This document shows, piece by piece, positions 25,440-36,307 of a stretch of DNA of 64,000 bases. Made by a program: the position numbers and the translations under genes. A model generated the notes under the pieces. It did no database searches. It saw nothing but the letters and a program-made list of their open reading frames with translations, and was not told where the DNA came from. The stretch is from Sminthopsis crassicaudata. Taxonomy: Eukaryota. Within the stretch, counting starts at the first letter, position 1, and every line of letters starts with the position of its first letter. The stretch spans positions 738,400,958-738,464,957 of the forward strand of contig NC_133617.1 of assembly GCF_048593235.1 (NCBI RefSeq), given 5' to 3'.

Positions 25440-25735
25440 GTTTTTCAATTCACCTTTAACCAAGTCTGAATGGTAAGAGTATCAAAAGGAAACAGTGGAA
25501 AGAGCTCTGGAGTGACTCTAGAGTCAAGGAGCTTGAGTTCAAATTCAGCTTCTGATATTTGCTGCCAGTTTGAGCTTGAATAAATGACAATCTCTCTGAG
25601 CCTCAATTTCCTCACCCAAACAGCCTCTAATGTACCTTCTTCTAATGCTAGATCTAGGATTCTGTGTGTGTTCTTGGCTTTCTTGTGCCTCAGTTTCTTC
25701 ATCTGTAAAATGAGGCACTTAGATCAGCTCTAGAT
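25440..25735. mobile_element. MIR-family fragments
   Basis: ctgagcctcaatttcctcac and gcctcagtttcttcatctgtaaaatgagg CORE motifs. Confidence 0.7.
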
Positions 25736-27689
25736 TTATGGACCCATGAATCACTTCTGGCTGAGCCACATTCAAAAAGGCTGCCAAAGCATCTCTGCCT
25801 CAGATAGCCGAGAAACTGAACAAGCTTTCTGCCTCCATTTCCCCATAGGATGGAGGAGAGATGACTTGAGGCCCCTTCTAGCTAGCTCTTGGATTCTAAT
25901 TAATTGCCTTTCTTCTCACTTAGGGCCTGTGCTACTTCACGAAAGCCAGGGAATCTGTCCCAAGATTTCATCACCCTGAATGGGTTAGATAAAAGTTTTG
26001 AATTTAAAAAAAAAAAAGGGGGGGGGGGCTGGTGAAGGAGTCATATATTAAAGCACGGACTTTGTGCAAGACCAAATTTTAAAATCTCTGTCCCTGATCT
26101 CAGGGAGGGTTGATTTCTGCAGGAAAATGCCAGCCTAGAAAAGGCTAAAGAGACCACTCTGAGTGGAGGACCCTGAATGGCTCTGGAGTCAAAGGTTTCG
26201 CTGATGTAACCTTGACCAAGGTTATAACCTCCTGAGCCTCAGTTTCTTTTTCAGGAAAATCAAAGAGCTGGCCCAGGATGGCTTTTGAGATCTCTTGCGA
26301 CCCGGGTACCCTGGGAAGGAAGGAGGGAGAGCATCTAAGGAGTCAGTTCCCGGGAGGGTTGGGTGTTTAGGGGAAGCACTAAATAAAAGGAGAAAATCGG
26401 GTATTCTGGCAACATCATTATTTCTTTTTTTCTTCTTTTTCTCGAATTAAACCAATCCAGAAGTATTTACGAAGCCAAAGCCAGGCACTGGTGATAGGAC
26501 AGCAAGAAGAAAACAATCTCTGGTCCAAGACTTTACAATGTATCAGAGGAGACAACTTGTACTTAGAAATGTATACAAAGTAAATCCCCGAGAAGTAGTG
26601 AATTTTTCTAATCCGATACAGAAAAATCTTGGCTTCCAAAAGGACATCAAGCAAGGGGCTGACTGCCTAGAGCCCCCCACGCCTCCCCACATGTTCCTGA
26701 CCAAAATCCGGGCCACTACCTCCCTTCACGGCGCAGAGCTTGCCGTGGAATGGCGAGAAGGCAAGAGGCCTGCAATTGATTAAGGGAATGTGTTAGAAGC
26801 CAGCTCGAGACTCTCAGGAAAAATAGAAGAAAGATATCATATAGTTCAATATTTCTCCTGGCACAAAGCCAAGGTCTTACTCAGCTTGAAACAAGCAAGA
26901 TTTAAATCACTCCAAGATTCTATTCCGTCCAGCAGAGATCAGCTCGCACCTAACTTTTCACAGCTTTAATCAGTAAGAAAACATTGTTTTTCCTCGAACC
27001 AAAATGGTTTTCACACTAGTAGCTAAACTTGGGGGTTACCGTGAGAAGTCTGGCAGGTACCCTCCTATGTAAGATCAGCTTCGAGACCCCCTTGTGTAGA
27101 AGACATTTGTGGCCTGAATTCTCCTGATCCAAATCAGAGCTAGTTACAAATTAGATATTTTTTAATGTGACAAAGACTCTCCCATCAGAAGGGACTCCAC
27201 ATCCATCCCCTAACCTTGTTATGTCTGGCTTCCTTGAACATTCTCCCGAAGTCAACAGGATTGCAGAGCCATGTCTGATTTGTTTTTTGGGGTTTTTTTT
27301 TACAAAGATACTGAGGTGGTAGACCTGAGGCAAGTAGGGTTAGGTGACTTGCCCAGAGTCACAGAGTTAGTAACTGAGGCTGGATTTGAACTCATGAAGA
27401 TGAGTCATCCTAATAGCAACTCCAGTGAGTCAACTACTTTCAATCAATACCTCGGACCAGGCACTCTCCTAAATCATGGGGACACAAAAAAGAAGCTGCC
27501 TTCATGGGGATCCAATGTCTGAATCACTTCTTTGAACAATATTTTCAAAGCATAAAGTACCTAAGATTATGAGGAAAAAATTATATTGAAACACAATTAT
27601 CAAATTATATTTTAAAAACAGCCCCCCCCAACACACATTAAAATTCCATGATCTAATCCAATAATAAACTTTACAACATATCCATAGGC

Positions 27690-27900
27690 TCAGCCTAGGG
27701 AAGCCTCAGGTCAAGAAGACCCCAGTTGAAATTCTGCCTCCCTCACTAGCTGTATAACTCTGGGCAAGTCATTTAACCCTGTCTGCCTCAGTTTCCTAAT
27801 CTGTAAAAATGAGCCAGAGAAGGAAATGGCAAAGCATTCCTCTATCTCTGCTAAGAACACCTCAAGTGGAGGAACAAAGAGTCATATATGCCTGAAAAAA
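27690..27900 (+). mobile_element. MAR1 SINE
   Basis: gggcaagtcatttaaccctgtctgcctcagtttcctaatctgtaaaaatgagccagagaaggaaatggcaaagc... Confidence 0.8.
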
Positions 27901-27909
27901 AATAAATAC

Positions 27910-28048
27910 GGGGCAGCTAGATGGCACTGTGGATAGATCACTGGCCCTGAAGTCAGGAGGACCTGAGTTCAAATCTGACCTCAGATACTTAACATTTCCT
28001 ATCTGTGTCAAAACACTTAACCCCAATTGCCTCAGAAAAAAAAAAAAA
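27910..28048 (+). mobile_element. Near full-length WSINE1-type SINE
   Basis: ggggcagctagatggcactgtggatag (A box) ... gagttcaaatc (B box) ... ccccaattgcctcag plus polyA. Confidence 0.9.
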
Positions 28049-28129
28049 TGTATATATGTATAGAAATAAAGCCTCAATGTATATATGTATAGAAATAAAG
28101 ACCCTCAAAAGGGTCTGCCAGGCTCAACT

Positions 28130-28380
28130 TGAAGCCCTCCAGTGAGGGGTAACCCCACCACCTCCCAAGGCAGTTCATTCTACTTTGGACAGTTAAATAA
28201 GGATGGTTGAAAAGTTTGCTGTCTTTTTTCCCCTGGGATATCTATACATTACTCCTAGTTCTGATCCTTCTCCTCAGCTCTTCAAATATTTGCAGATAGC
28301 TACCATGTCCTCTATAAATTTTTCTTCCACAGGTAAAACACCCCTGTTTTTTTCAATGGAGCTTCCCATAGTATGAGGTC
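28130..28380 (-). mobile_element. L3/CR1 fragment
   Basis: ctccagtgaggggtaaccccaccacctcccaaggcagttcattctactttggacag resembles the reverse complement of an L3 3' region. Confidence 0.6.
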
Positions 28381-28465
28381 ATCAAATCAATTACCCAATC
28401 AGTCAATCAGCATTCAGTAAGCCTCTATTCCATACATAGCACTGTACTTGACAATGGAATTACCA

Positions 28466-28503
<38 letters not shown>

Positions 28504-28789
28504 CAAAGGAGGGACAGATTTATGGAGTAGATCCTGTTGGATTCAAATTCCAACTCTGACTTATCTGTGCGCCTCTGGGCCACTAACTTCATGTCTCTGG
28601 GCCCCTAAATGCCCTTTGAAGCCACTGGCATGTTTTAAGATGCACAGACTAGACAAAAGTGTGTTAAGGTCTAGGGAAAATGCACAGGCCGAGATTGAGA
28701 CAGTTTTCTCCTCTTTAAGAAGAGAAAGTTGGCTGGGCTAGATCAGAGACAGCAGACTCACAGAGAAATTGGAGGCGCTATTCCATACA

Positions 28790-28975
28790 TAAAGATCCCT
28801 GTGGATCTTTATGCATATTAACTTAGTTTTAAAATGTAATGTGAGCTGGTTTATTATATGTTTATACTTTTGTCAAATATTTCTCAATTACATTTTAATC
28901 TGGCTCAGGCCAAACTGGAGGGGGTTGTGAGCCACATGTTTAACTGCGCTGGACCAGAATACTTTGAAAGCAGCT
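28790..28975. mobile_element. Non-autonomous hAT-type DNA transposon remnant (MER63-like)
   Basis: ttttgtcaaatatttctcaattacattttaatctgg...ccacatgttt resembles a marsupial hAT MITE; family name recalled from memory. Confidence 0.45.
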
Positions 28976-29199
28976 CTAGCATGACCTTAACTGATAAAGT
29001 AAGTAGTAGGGTCAGGATTTGACCTGGATCTCTGGCTCAAATGCTATCCACTTTCCTCTATCTCATGTCCTTGGTTTACTCCCGTGTTAAAAGTATACTA
29101 CACTTACTTGCAGCTTTTTATTAACCATTAAAATTAAAGTTCATAGATGTTTACTAAATGAGAACCACTTCCATTGAATGAAAATTGAAAGAAACAGTT

Positions 29200-29560
29200 C
29201 TTCAGAAATGGTTCATGATGAGAGAAATTAGGATGATTCATAGCAAGCTGAACAAACTAAGCCATGTGACTGTTGGATGGATGTCAATCAACCTCAGCAG
29301 TGGGGACAGAGGGTCAGAACTCAGTTATCAAATGGGCACTTGCCATAAGTTGGCAGAGAGAACTAATGTGCTCGAAAGCTCAAAATCCCAAGACATAGAC
29401 AGGCAAGCAAAATGGGGCCTGAAATCAGCAAAGATTTATGTCTAGATATCACTCAGGCTAAAAGCAATTCAACTCCAGCAGACAGATTGGAGGAGACCTG
29501 GCTAACTGGCGGCTAATATGACAAAGGGTTAACTAATGACAAGCTCACTGAATTCAATAG
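29200..29560 (+). mobile_element. L3/CR1 RT-region fragment
   Basis: cataagttggcagagagaactaatgtgctcgaaagctcaaaatcccaagacatagacagg...tgaaatcagcaaagattt resembles the degenerate CR1 DDTKLGG...RIQ..L region. Confidence 0.5.
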
Positions 29561-30039
29561 AATAATAATAATGGCAGCTGGCAGCAGCAGCAGCTGGCAT
29601 TTAGATAATGTATTTTAATGTGATTTTAAATATGAAAAATTTCTATAAAAACATATATAACAATGCTTCAAGATTTGTAAAGCACTTAACAAATATCTTA
29701 TTTGCCTTTCACAACAGCCCCGGGTGAGTAGCATTATTATCATCATTTTACAGAACAAAAGGGGAAACCCAGGGTCACATGGGTAGCTGGTATCTAAGGC
29801 AAGATTTAAACTCAAGTATTCCTCACTTTAAGCCCTGCACATTATCCACTTTACCATCAGAAATCACAGTTTGGACCCCCCCCAAAATTAATAATAAATG
29901 AAGAGACTAATTTTTAAAAAAATTTTAATGTTTTAAAAAAATCAAAATATGTTTATAACAACATATACAGTAAGAACTAGGCAAAGGAATTGAGGTTAGT
30001 AAGCTTAGAACAATGGATGATGGATAGAATGTGATAGCT

Positions 30040-30560
30040 GTCCTAACTCCTTAGTCTAATGTTCCAATCCTCCCATTATCTGGTTTCAACCAATCCATCC
30101 AGCTTCATCTCCTATCCTTCCCCTACAGTACATTCCAAGCAAACCACACTGCTCCTGATCCAGTAAATAGGCTCTGGATTCCCAGTCTTTGCTCCCATCA
30201 TGCATCACTGTCAGGCCTTGGCCCATCCCTCTCACCTTTACCTCTAGCAAACTTTGGAATCCCTCAAGGCCTGGTCACCTCACTGATGAGACTCTGCTGG
30301 CCCCTCCACCACTCTGGCCCACCACGCCCTGGGCCTGCCCAGCCAAGGCCTAAGGTGATTGCCTGGACTTCTGAATGCCCATAACGTTTTCTTTATACTT
30401 CTTAAAAACTAAATCTATTCTCCATTTGTTATTTGGCACAAGTTGTAACTATCTCCCCAATAAACTTCCCGAGAGCAGAGAAATTATCTTATTTTTGTTA
30501 AGCCTTGTATCACCTGGCACTTAGTAGGCCATTTGTTGCTACTAATGTTTCTTGGTTTAA
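30040..30560 (+). mobile_element. Degenerate L2 3' segment
   Basis: Ends in aaacttcccgagagcagag...gtatcacctggcacttagtaggc (L2 tail). Confidence 0.55.
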
Positions 30561-33500
30561 ATTTAAGGAACAACATATTGTCAAGTGAATAACGATATAT
30601 GACAGATCATATATATAAAATATGAAGATAACAGAAGACTATCACAGGAGGGAGGCTGATTATTACTGGGTGAGGTTATCTTAGAAGATAATAATAATAG
30701 CTAGCATGTATATAGCATTTAAAGGTTATAAAAGTGCTTTACAAATATTATCTCATTTGATTCTCACAACAATCCTATGAAGTAGATGCTATTATTATCC
30801 CGCATTTTACAATTAAAGAAACTGCCCAGAGCCACACAGCTCCCAAAGGCTGGATTTGAATTCAGGTGTTCCAGACTTCAAGTTGATTATATCACTTAGG
30901 TGCCTCTGGGTATTTGCTAAATGACTCAAGAAAGATAGCCAGAATTTCCACAGTTTGGGGAGGTTACCGGGAAGGATTAGGAGAGATAATAGTTACAATC
31001 TACAGTAGAGAGGCATAGGGAGAGATGTATCCAGCTCTTTAGAGTAAATTTGACTCTATTTACCTAAAGTCAAATGATCTGCATTCTTTGAGACTCTTTC
31101 ATTAAAGATTATTCTACTTATGAGTTAGTTTTAGATGAAATGATTCCTTTATAAGTTAATTGTAATGCCTTTAAAAAAAAGATAGCATATTCAAATATTT
31201 TCCTGAACCAAATCAAAAGCCAGGGAGTAGTAAATTTCAGAGAAACCAACTAGATGTTCCTCCTGCCAGTCTATTGATATATAATTAAGAAACCTCAAAC
31301 AACAAAAAAAGAATCAAATTATGCTTTTCTATCTAGGAATCCCATTTCTCCTAAAAATATCATCCAAAACATTCAAAAGCTGTTTTATTTGAAATTATGA
31401 AAAATAGGAGTCTCTGGGAAAATGCCTGAATAAACTATGGCATGGAAATGCAATGGAATATTGTGATCAGTAAGAATTTTTTAAAAGAAAGTTTGAGGGA
31501 GTTTGGGGAACTTTGAAAGAGACACCCACAGAGAGGACTCCTTACAGAAACTTAAGACAATATTTTTGATTTTGCTTTGTAAAATGTGTTATAATGTTAA
31601 TTCAATTGAGTACTCACTTAAGACAGTAAGCGTCATATCAAAGTGTACTACAACAGTAAGTGCTTAATAAGTGCTGCTTTTTCCCCCCATTCATTCACTG
31701 AACTGAAGTAGAAGCAAAAAGAAAAATTCTTCCTGCCACTTCAGAAAGGAGGAGCAGATAAAGGGGACCACAGATAAGTAAGAATAAAATAGAAATTCAG
31801 AAAAATTCTCTAAAGTGTATCTGGGGAAGACAAGGAAAGAGCACTTTCTGCTTAGGGGAGGTTGGACTAGGAGACCAGAAACAAAAATTAGGGTATCGTA
31901 TCTTAGAAGAAATGGTTCATGGTTTAAGCCTTAAGGGATGAAAAAATAAAAAAATCAGAAAAAAAAATCAGGAGGAATAAAACAGACTATTTGAAGAATT
32001 CAAATAAAAAAGTAAGATTGTGAAGGCCTTGAATGCCAGCCTCAAACAGTATTTTGTCTTAGAAGCCATAGGGATTCATGGAAGGCTTTAGAGCAAGAGT
32101 TACATAGTCAATTCCATGTTTTAGGGAGATGACTTCCTATGTTTTCTTTCTTTTAATCTTTTTTATTCAAATCTCACCTCAACCACTTCTTCAAATGTGA
32201 AAAAAAGAGGTTGAGCCAAACTTTGTCTACACCTTTGTTTTGGGTGAAAACTCATAATCCTACCTACCCCATGACCTTCCTTTTGCTATCAGAACACCAG
32301 ATGAAACAGAAGCAGAACTGAACACCAAACCAGTGCTGGGAAAAGGGACAAAGACAATAGACAACAGCTATCATTTATTATCATTTATATGGTGCTTTCA
32401 AGTTTGCAAAGGACTTAACAGAGTTGGTTAATGTGCTCTCAAGTTGGTGAAGCATTGAATGTAGCTGGTCCTTAAAACAGCCTGTAAATTGATATTTTGT
32501 CTCCATTTTACAGAGGAGGAAACTGAGTCAATAAGTCATCTAGCATTTATTAAACTCCTATTCCCTACCTGGCCTGAAAGAGATTAAATGGCTAGCCCAG
32601 GGTCACACAGCTAGGAAGTATCTAGGGCAGCATTTACTCTCATGTATCTTCCTGGCTCCAGGATCAGCACCCTATCTACTACCACCTACACCACAAATTG
32701 GCAAGAGAGCCCAATCTGGCACAGTTCAGCGTCTGACAATTTCTCTAAGTAGAGAATCAGACATACACTATAAGTTTTTAACAACCATTCCCATCTTACA
32801 GTGCTTCTGATTTACAAATCCTCAGCAGTTGGGTAGTGCAAAAGGATTATGAATCCCATTTTGCAGATGGAGGAAACACTCAGGCTGGCCGAAGGTCCAA
32901 TTGCTAACAGTGGATGCAAGTAGGCTCATCTTTTGCGTTTAGGAGGAGCCTTCTTTCCATGAGAACACCAAGCAAGCTCTATCCAGACCAACGTACCCCA
33001 CATAACACAAAATACCCCCGTTAGCCACTCTGGGCAAACCCAAAGGCCACGAATGGAAGGAGTAGTAGTGAGCTTCTAGAACTTTAAGTTAGATGATACC
33101 AAGGGTGGGTCCTTTATCCACAGGAAAAACTGGAGAAAATAACAATTCTGCAATTCAAATTTCTTAAGTACCCACCCCAGCTTCCAGACTTTAACTGCAG
33201 GCCTTCAGAGTTGGGTTTTTTTTTTTTTTTTTTTTTGGTTGTAGTTCCTTTAGTTCCCTGGGGTGACTCTGGGAGTTGTTAAAAAGGGAGAGGACCGGGA
33301 ATTCCAGAGCTCCACACCTCCCCACCCTAGCAATCTCAAAGCCACACAAGACCCCAGGAAGGAATATTCATTAAAGCCAGACGGCTTTTCCCTCCCTTTC
33401 CCCCCAGGGGGCTATGGACTTTCTTTTTCAACTCATCTGAGGTAATTCTGCAGGGGTAAGAGGCCCAGGTGAGCTCAGCCGAGCCCCGGGCAAGATTTCC

Positions 33501-34324
33501 TATAGGTTCCCAAGCCCAGACGGCCATCTGGTTCCCTCCCCGCCCTTGGGGGTCAGTGGATCACCCCACCCCCACCCCTCCGCCAGCCCTCACCTGAGGA
33601 GAAATTCTCTGAGGAAAGACCCAGAGGCCCAAACCCAGAGAAACGCGAGGGGCCCCGGGAAGTCTCTATCCCGGAAAGGAACTGAAGCTTTAACGGCTTA
33701 GATCGGACAGATACCAAGCGCAGGAATAGCCGGACCCCGGCGGCTCCCCGGCACCGCGCTGCCTTTCTCCTAGGCACAGACGCCACCCAAGCCGGGGGCC
33801 GGCCCAGCGGGTGTCCCCAGGAAAGCGGGGTGAGCAGGGGCCAGCTGGGCCGCCCAAGCAGGTGCAGGGGCCCCGGCGCCCCGAAAGACGCACCCGTCGA
33901 GGAGGTACGAGAGCCTTGTTAGTCCTCTCCTCGGGGGCTGCTGGCGTCGACCACACTTCTTGGAAATAGTCCCGAGGCTATGCCCCCCGCCAGCCCGAGG
34001 TCTCACCTGCAGCTAGCCAGCTTCCTCCCGCCACCCGCGCTCGTGGGCGTCCGGCGCCCCGCACCCTCCGCCACTCAGCCCCCCGCCCCGCCCCCAGCCC
34101 CTCTATATCAAGGGAAGGAAACTTGAGAGACGGGACCCAGATCCTCTCCCTCTCTCCTGCAGAAGCCCTGGCCAGACTCCTCTCCCTCCCCCCCCCTCGG
34201 TCCCCCAGAAAAAAGTGAGCTCAGGACACATGTTACACGCCCCCATCCTAGCAAAAAGGACCCAGAACAGGGGTGAAAGCTGGACCCCCCCCCAGAGAGT
34301 TCCGGAGCCAGACCCACCCTCAGA

Positions 34325-34356
34325 GCGCGCGCGCACACACACACACACACATACAC
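34325..34356. repeat. (GC)5(AC)n alternating purine-pyrimidine tract
   Basis: gcgcgcgcgcacacacacacacacacatacac directly visible. Confidence 0.95.
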
Positions 34357-34501
34357 CCGACTTCTAGGGGAGCACCCTGCACCCCGGAGTGCGAATCACG
34401 GGCTTGGGGGGCGCGAGAAGGGGAAGGGATGGGGGAGATCCCCGCAGGGAGGAGGGTGCCCCCAGCCTCGGCCGCCCCGCCCCCGGGCCCCGGCCACCGA
34501 C

Positions 34502-34793
34502 CTATGGACACGAGCTTGATGCTCTCCAGCTCCAGGAACTCGAGCGCCACGGACACGTTCTCCAGCTGCATCTGGCGGAAGGTAGNNNNNNNNNNNNNNN
34601 NNNNNNNNNNNNNNNNNNNNNNNNNNNNNNNNNNNNNNNNNNNNNNNNNNNNNNNNNNNNNNNNNNNNNNNNNNNNNNNNNNNNNNNNNNNNNNNNNNNN
34701 NNNNNNNNNNNNNNNNNNNNNNNNNNNNNNNNNNNNNNNNNNNNNNNNNNNNNNNNNNNNNNNNNNNNNNNNNNNNTTCTCGGTCACGGGCAT
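34502..34793 (-). CDS. FLNB: Filamin B coding exon 1 (start of actin-binding CH1 domain); middle hidden by N gap
   Basis: Minus strand reads MPVTE(K)...gap...TFRQMQLENVSVALEFLELESIKLVSI followed by a phase-1 GT donor at 34501-34500. The MPVTE start with no N-terminal extension distinguishes FLNB from FLNA/FLNC. Exon length is 292 nt (97 codons + 1), as I recall for human FLNB exon 1. Confidence 0.96.
34586..34776. other. Assembly gap (191 N) inside FLNB exon 1
   Basis: N run in GC-rich coding sequence. Confidence 1.
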
Positions 34794-34968
34794 CTCTGCG
34801 GCCGGGCGCGGCGGGGCGATGCTGGGGCGGCTGCGGCTGTTCGGGCTCCGCTCGGCTCTGGGGCTCCGCTCGACTCGGCTCTCGGCGCTCTCTGCTGCCC
34901 CGCAGCCCCGGGCGTGCGTCCTGCCTGGCCCCGCGCCTGCGCCGGCCCTCCCCGGCTGCGCGCCTCGG

Positions 34969-35021
34969 CCCCTCCTCCTCCCCCTCCTCCCCCTCCTCCT
35001 CCTCCTCCCCCTCCTCCCTCC
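34969..35021. repeat. 53-bp pure C/T (CCT)n-like tract (GGA-rich on the FLNB strand)
   Basis: Directly visible; only C and T over 34969-35021. Confidence 0.95.
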
Positions 35022-35094
35022 GCCTTTCCGGGCCTGTGCTCGGCTGGCCAGCCGTCTCCCTCTGCCGCCCGGACCGGCTCACTGCGGCCCGCCG

Positions 35095-35185
35095 CGTCCG
35101 GCGCCCCCGCCCTCCCCGCCCCCGGCGAGCTACCTGGCGGCGCGGGGCTCGGCCCCGCCCCCGGCGGAGGCCAATCGGACCCCGG
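35095..35185 (-). promoter_or_regulatory. FLNB: FLNB core promoter region: GC boxes and CCAAT box
   Basis: Several CCCCGCCC/CCCGCCCC (Sp/KLF) motifs at ~35105-35161 and GGCCAATC at ~35170, 300-390 bp upstream of the ATG. No TATA box seen. The TSS itself cannot be determined. Confidence 0.6.
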
Positions 35186-35398
35186 GCTCGCCACGCCTCC
35201 CCTCTGCCGGCGCTGGGCACCCGGGGATCGGACGCCAGGGGCGGCCGGGCGAGGCTCCCAGCTGAGCCGAGTCACACTCGGCCGGACTTGGCGAGCCCCG
35301 CTGCCTCCTTCACCTCGGAGCTGCCTCAGCCCCCCGAGTGCTCAGCCGCTAAGCAGCGATCGGCGCCTTTGCCAAGTGCGATGGGCTCCCTCACGTAC

Positions 35399-35555
35399 CA
35401 TTCAACAAGCATGTATTGAGCGCCTCCTGTGTGCCAGACCCCGTGCCAGCCATTCCCTCCATTTATGCTCCTACTCTGTGCCACGGCCTGTGCCAAGGGC
35501 TACCGATTCACTCCGCTTACTTATTCAGCAAGCATTTAGTAAGCGCCTGCTGTTT
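35399..35555 (-). mobile_element. L2 tail remnants inside the CpG island
   Basis: cattcaacaagcatgtattgagcgcctcctgtgtgccag and ttattcagcaagcatttagtaagcgcctgctg match the reverse L2 3' terminus. Confidence 0.7.
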
Positions 35556-36307
35556 GAAGAGGCCGGGTGGCCCGGTGGGCCTCGGACACAGACCGGCCCC
35601 CGGACTCGGAGCGGACTCCTTAATCTCTCAGTGCCGGGGGCCACTACAAAAATAACGCGCTTTTGTTGGGGGAATTTCCTCGCTCGGGAGTTCCCTCATC
35701 CCCAAGAAATCAGAGATCTAGTCCCCAATCCTACTGTGGCCTAGGCTAGGAATCCTTCCTCCGTCTCAGAAGCTTAATCAAGCGTCGGTTCTGTTCTCAA
35801 TTCTAGGCTGGGTCCCGGAGATAAGATGAAAAGCAAACCAGTCCCGGTCCAAAAGGAGTTTACAAGCTTGCAAACGATTTAGAAGGGGGGAGGGGAGGGA
35901 AGGCTCGAGTCCTCCTTGGCTCAATTAAAACAATCGCTTACCAAGATTCAGTGACCTGTCTAAGGTCATCCCACGAGAGGAATCTGCACGTCTCCAGACT
36001 CGGCTGCCCATCCCTGTCACTCACAAAGGACATTTCATCTACTGACTTCGTGCCTCAGTTTCCTCATCTGTAAAATGAAGCTGTTGGATTGAACGGGCCT
36101 TTAAAGGCCCTTCTAAAGTCCAGCTATAAGAGGTCTTTCCCACCTTAACGTTCAACTTTCTCTTTCCGGAGGCAGCAGTGGTTTCGTGATTGCTGCAGCC
36201 AGGGGCCTTTTCTCAGTCTTCAGCGTTCTGGAACGCTTTGGAGTGCCCCCCCCTCCCCGTACTGTGGATCTCCCTCTTCTCTCTCTGGGTTTTTAAGATT
36301 CTCCTCT

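Larger units (their letters stand above)
1..34501 (-). other. FLNB: FLNB intron 1 (partial, at least 34.5 kb)
   Basis: Begins at the GT donor after exon 1. No exon-2 peptide (DSKAIVDGNLKLILGL.../WTLILHYSISMP) was seen in the ORF track or by eye. Confidence 0.8.
33460..35760. promoter_or_regulatory. FLNB: CpG island spanning the FLNB promoter, 5' UTR, exon 1 and start of intron 1
   Basis: Abrupt rise in GC and CpG density against a CpG-depleted background, surrounding the FLNB start codon. Edges are approximate. Confidence 0.9.

Noticed and set aside
27910-28048. Pol III A/B boxes suggesting tRNA genes
   Set aside because: They are the tRNA-derived heads of CORE-SINEs, followed by CORE and polyA, with no cloverleaf.
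28470-28502. 33-nt orphan polyA as a retrocopy tail
   Set aside because: Sits within an L2 tail with no TSD or upstream insert; simple A-run expansion is sufficient.
34320-34501. C-terminal part of the 157-aa FLNB-frame ORF
   Set aside because: It is intronic read-through past the GT donor; filamin similarity ends exactly at KLVSI.
1-34501. FLNB exon 2
   Set aside because: Expected peptide not seen on the minus strand by eye or in the ORF track; probably lies beyond position 1. It could only be missed if hidden in the 171-N gap, which is shorter than the roughly 250 nt I recall for this exon.
34273-35744. Long ORFs of 163-451 aa on both strands over the CpG island
   Set aside because: GC-rich DNA lacks stop codons; the peptides are low-complexity Pro/Ala/Gly/Arg, and several cross the N gap. 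Only the FLNB frame is recognisable.
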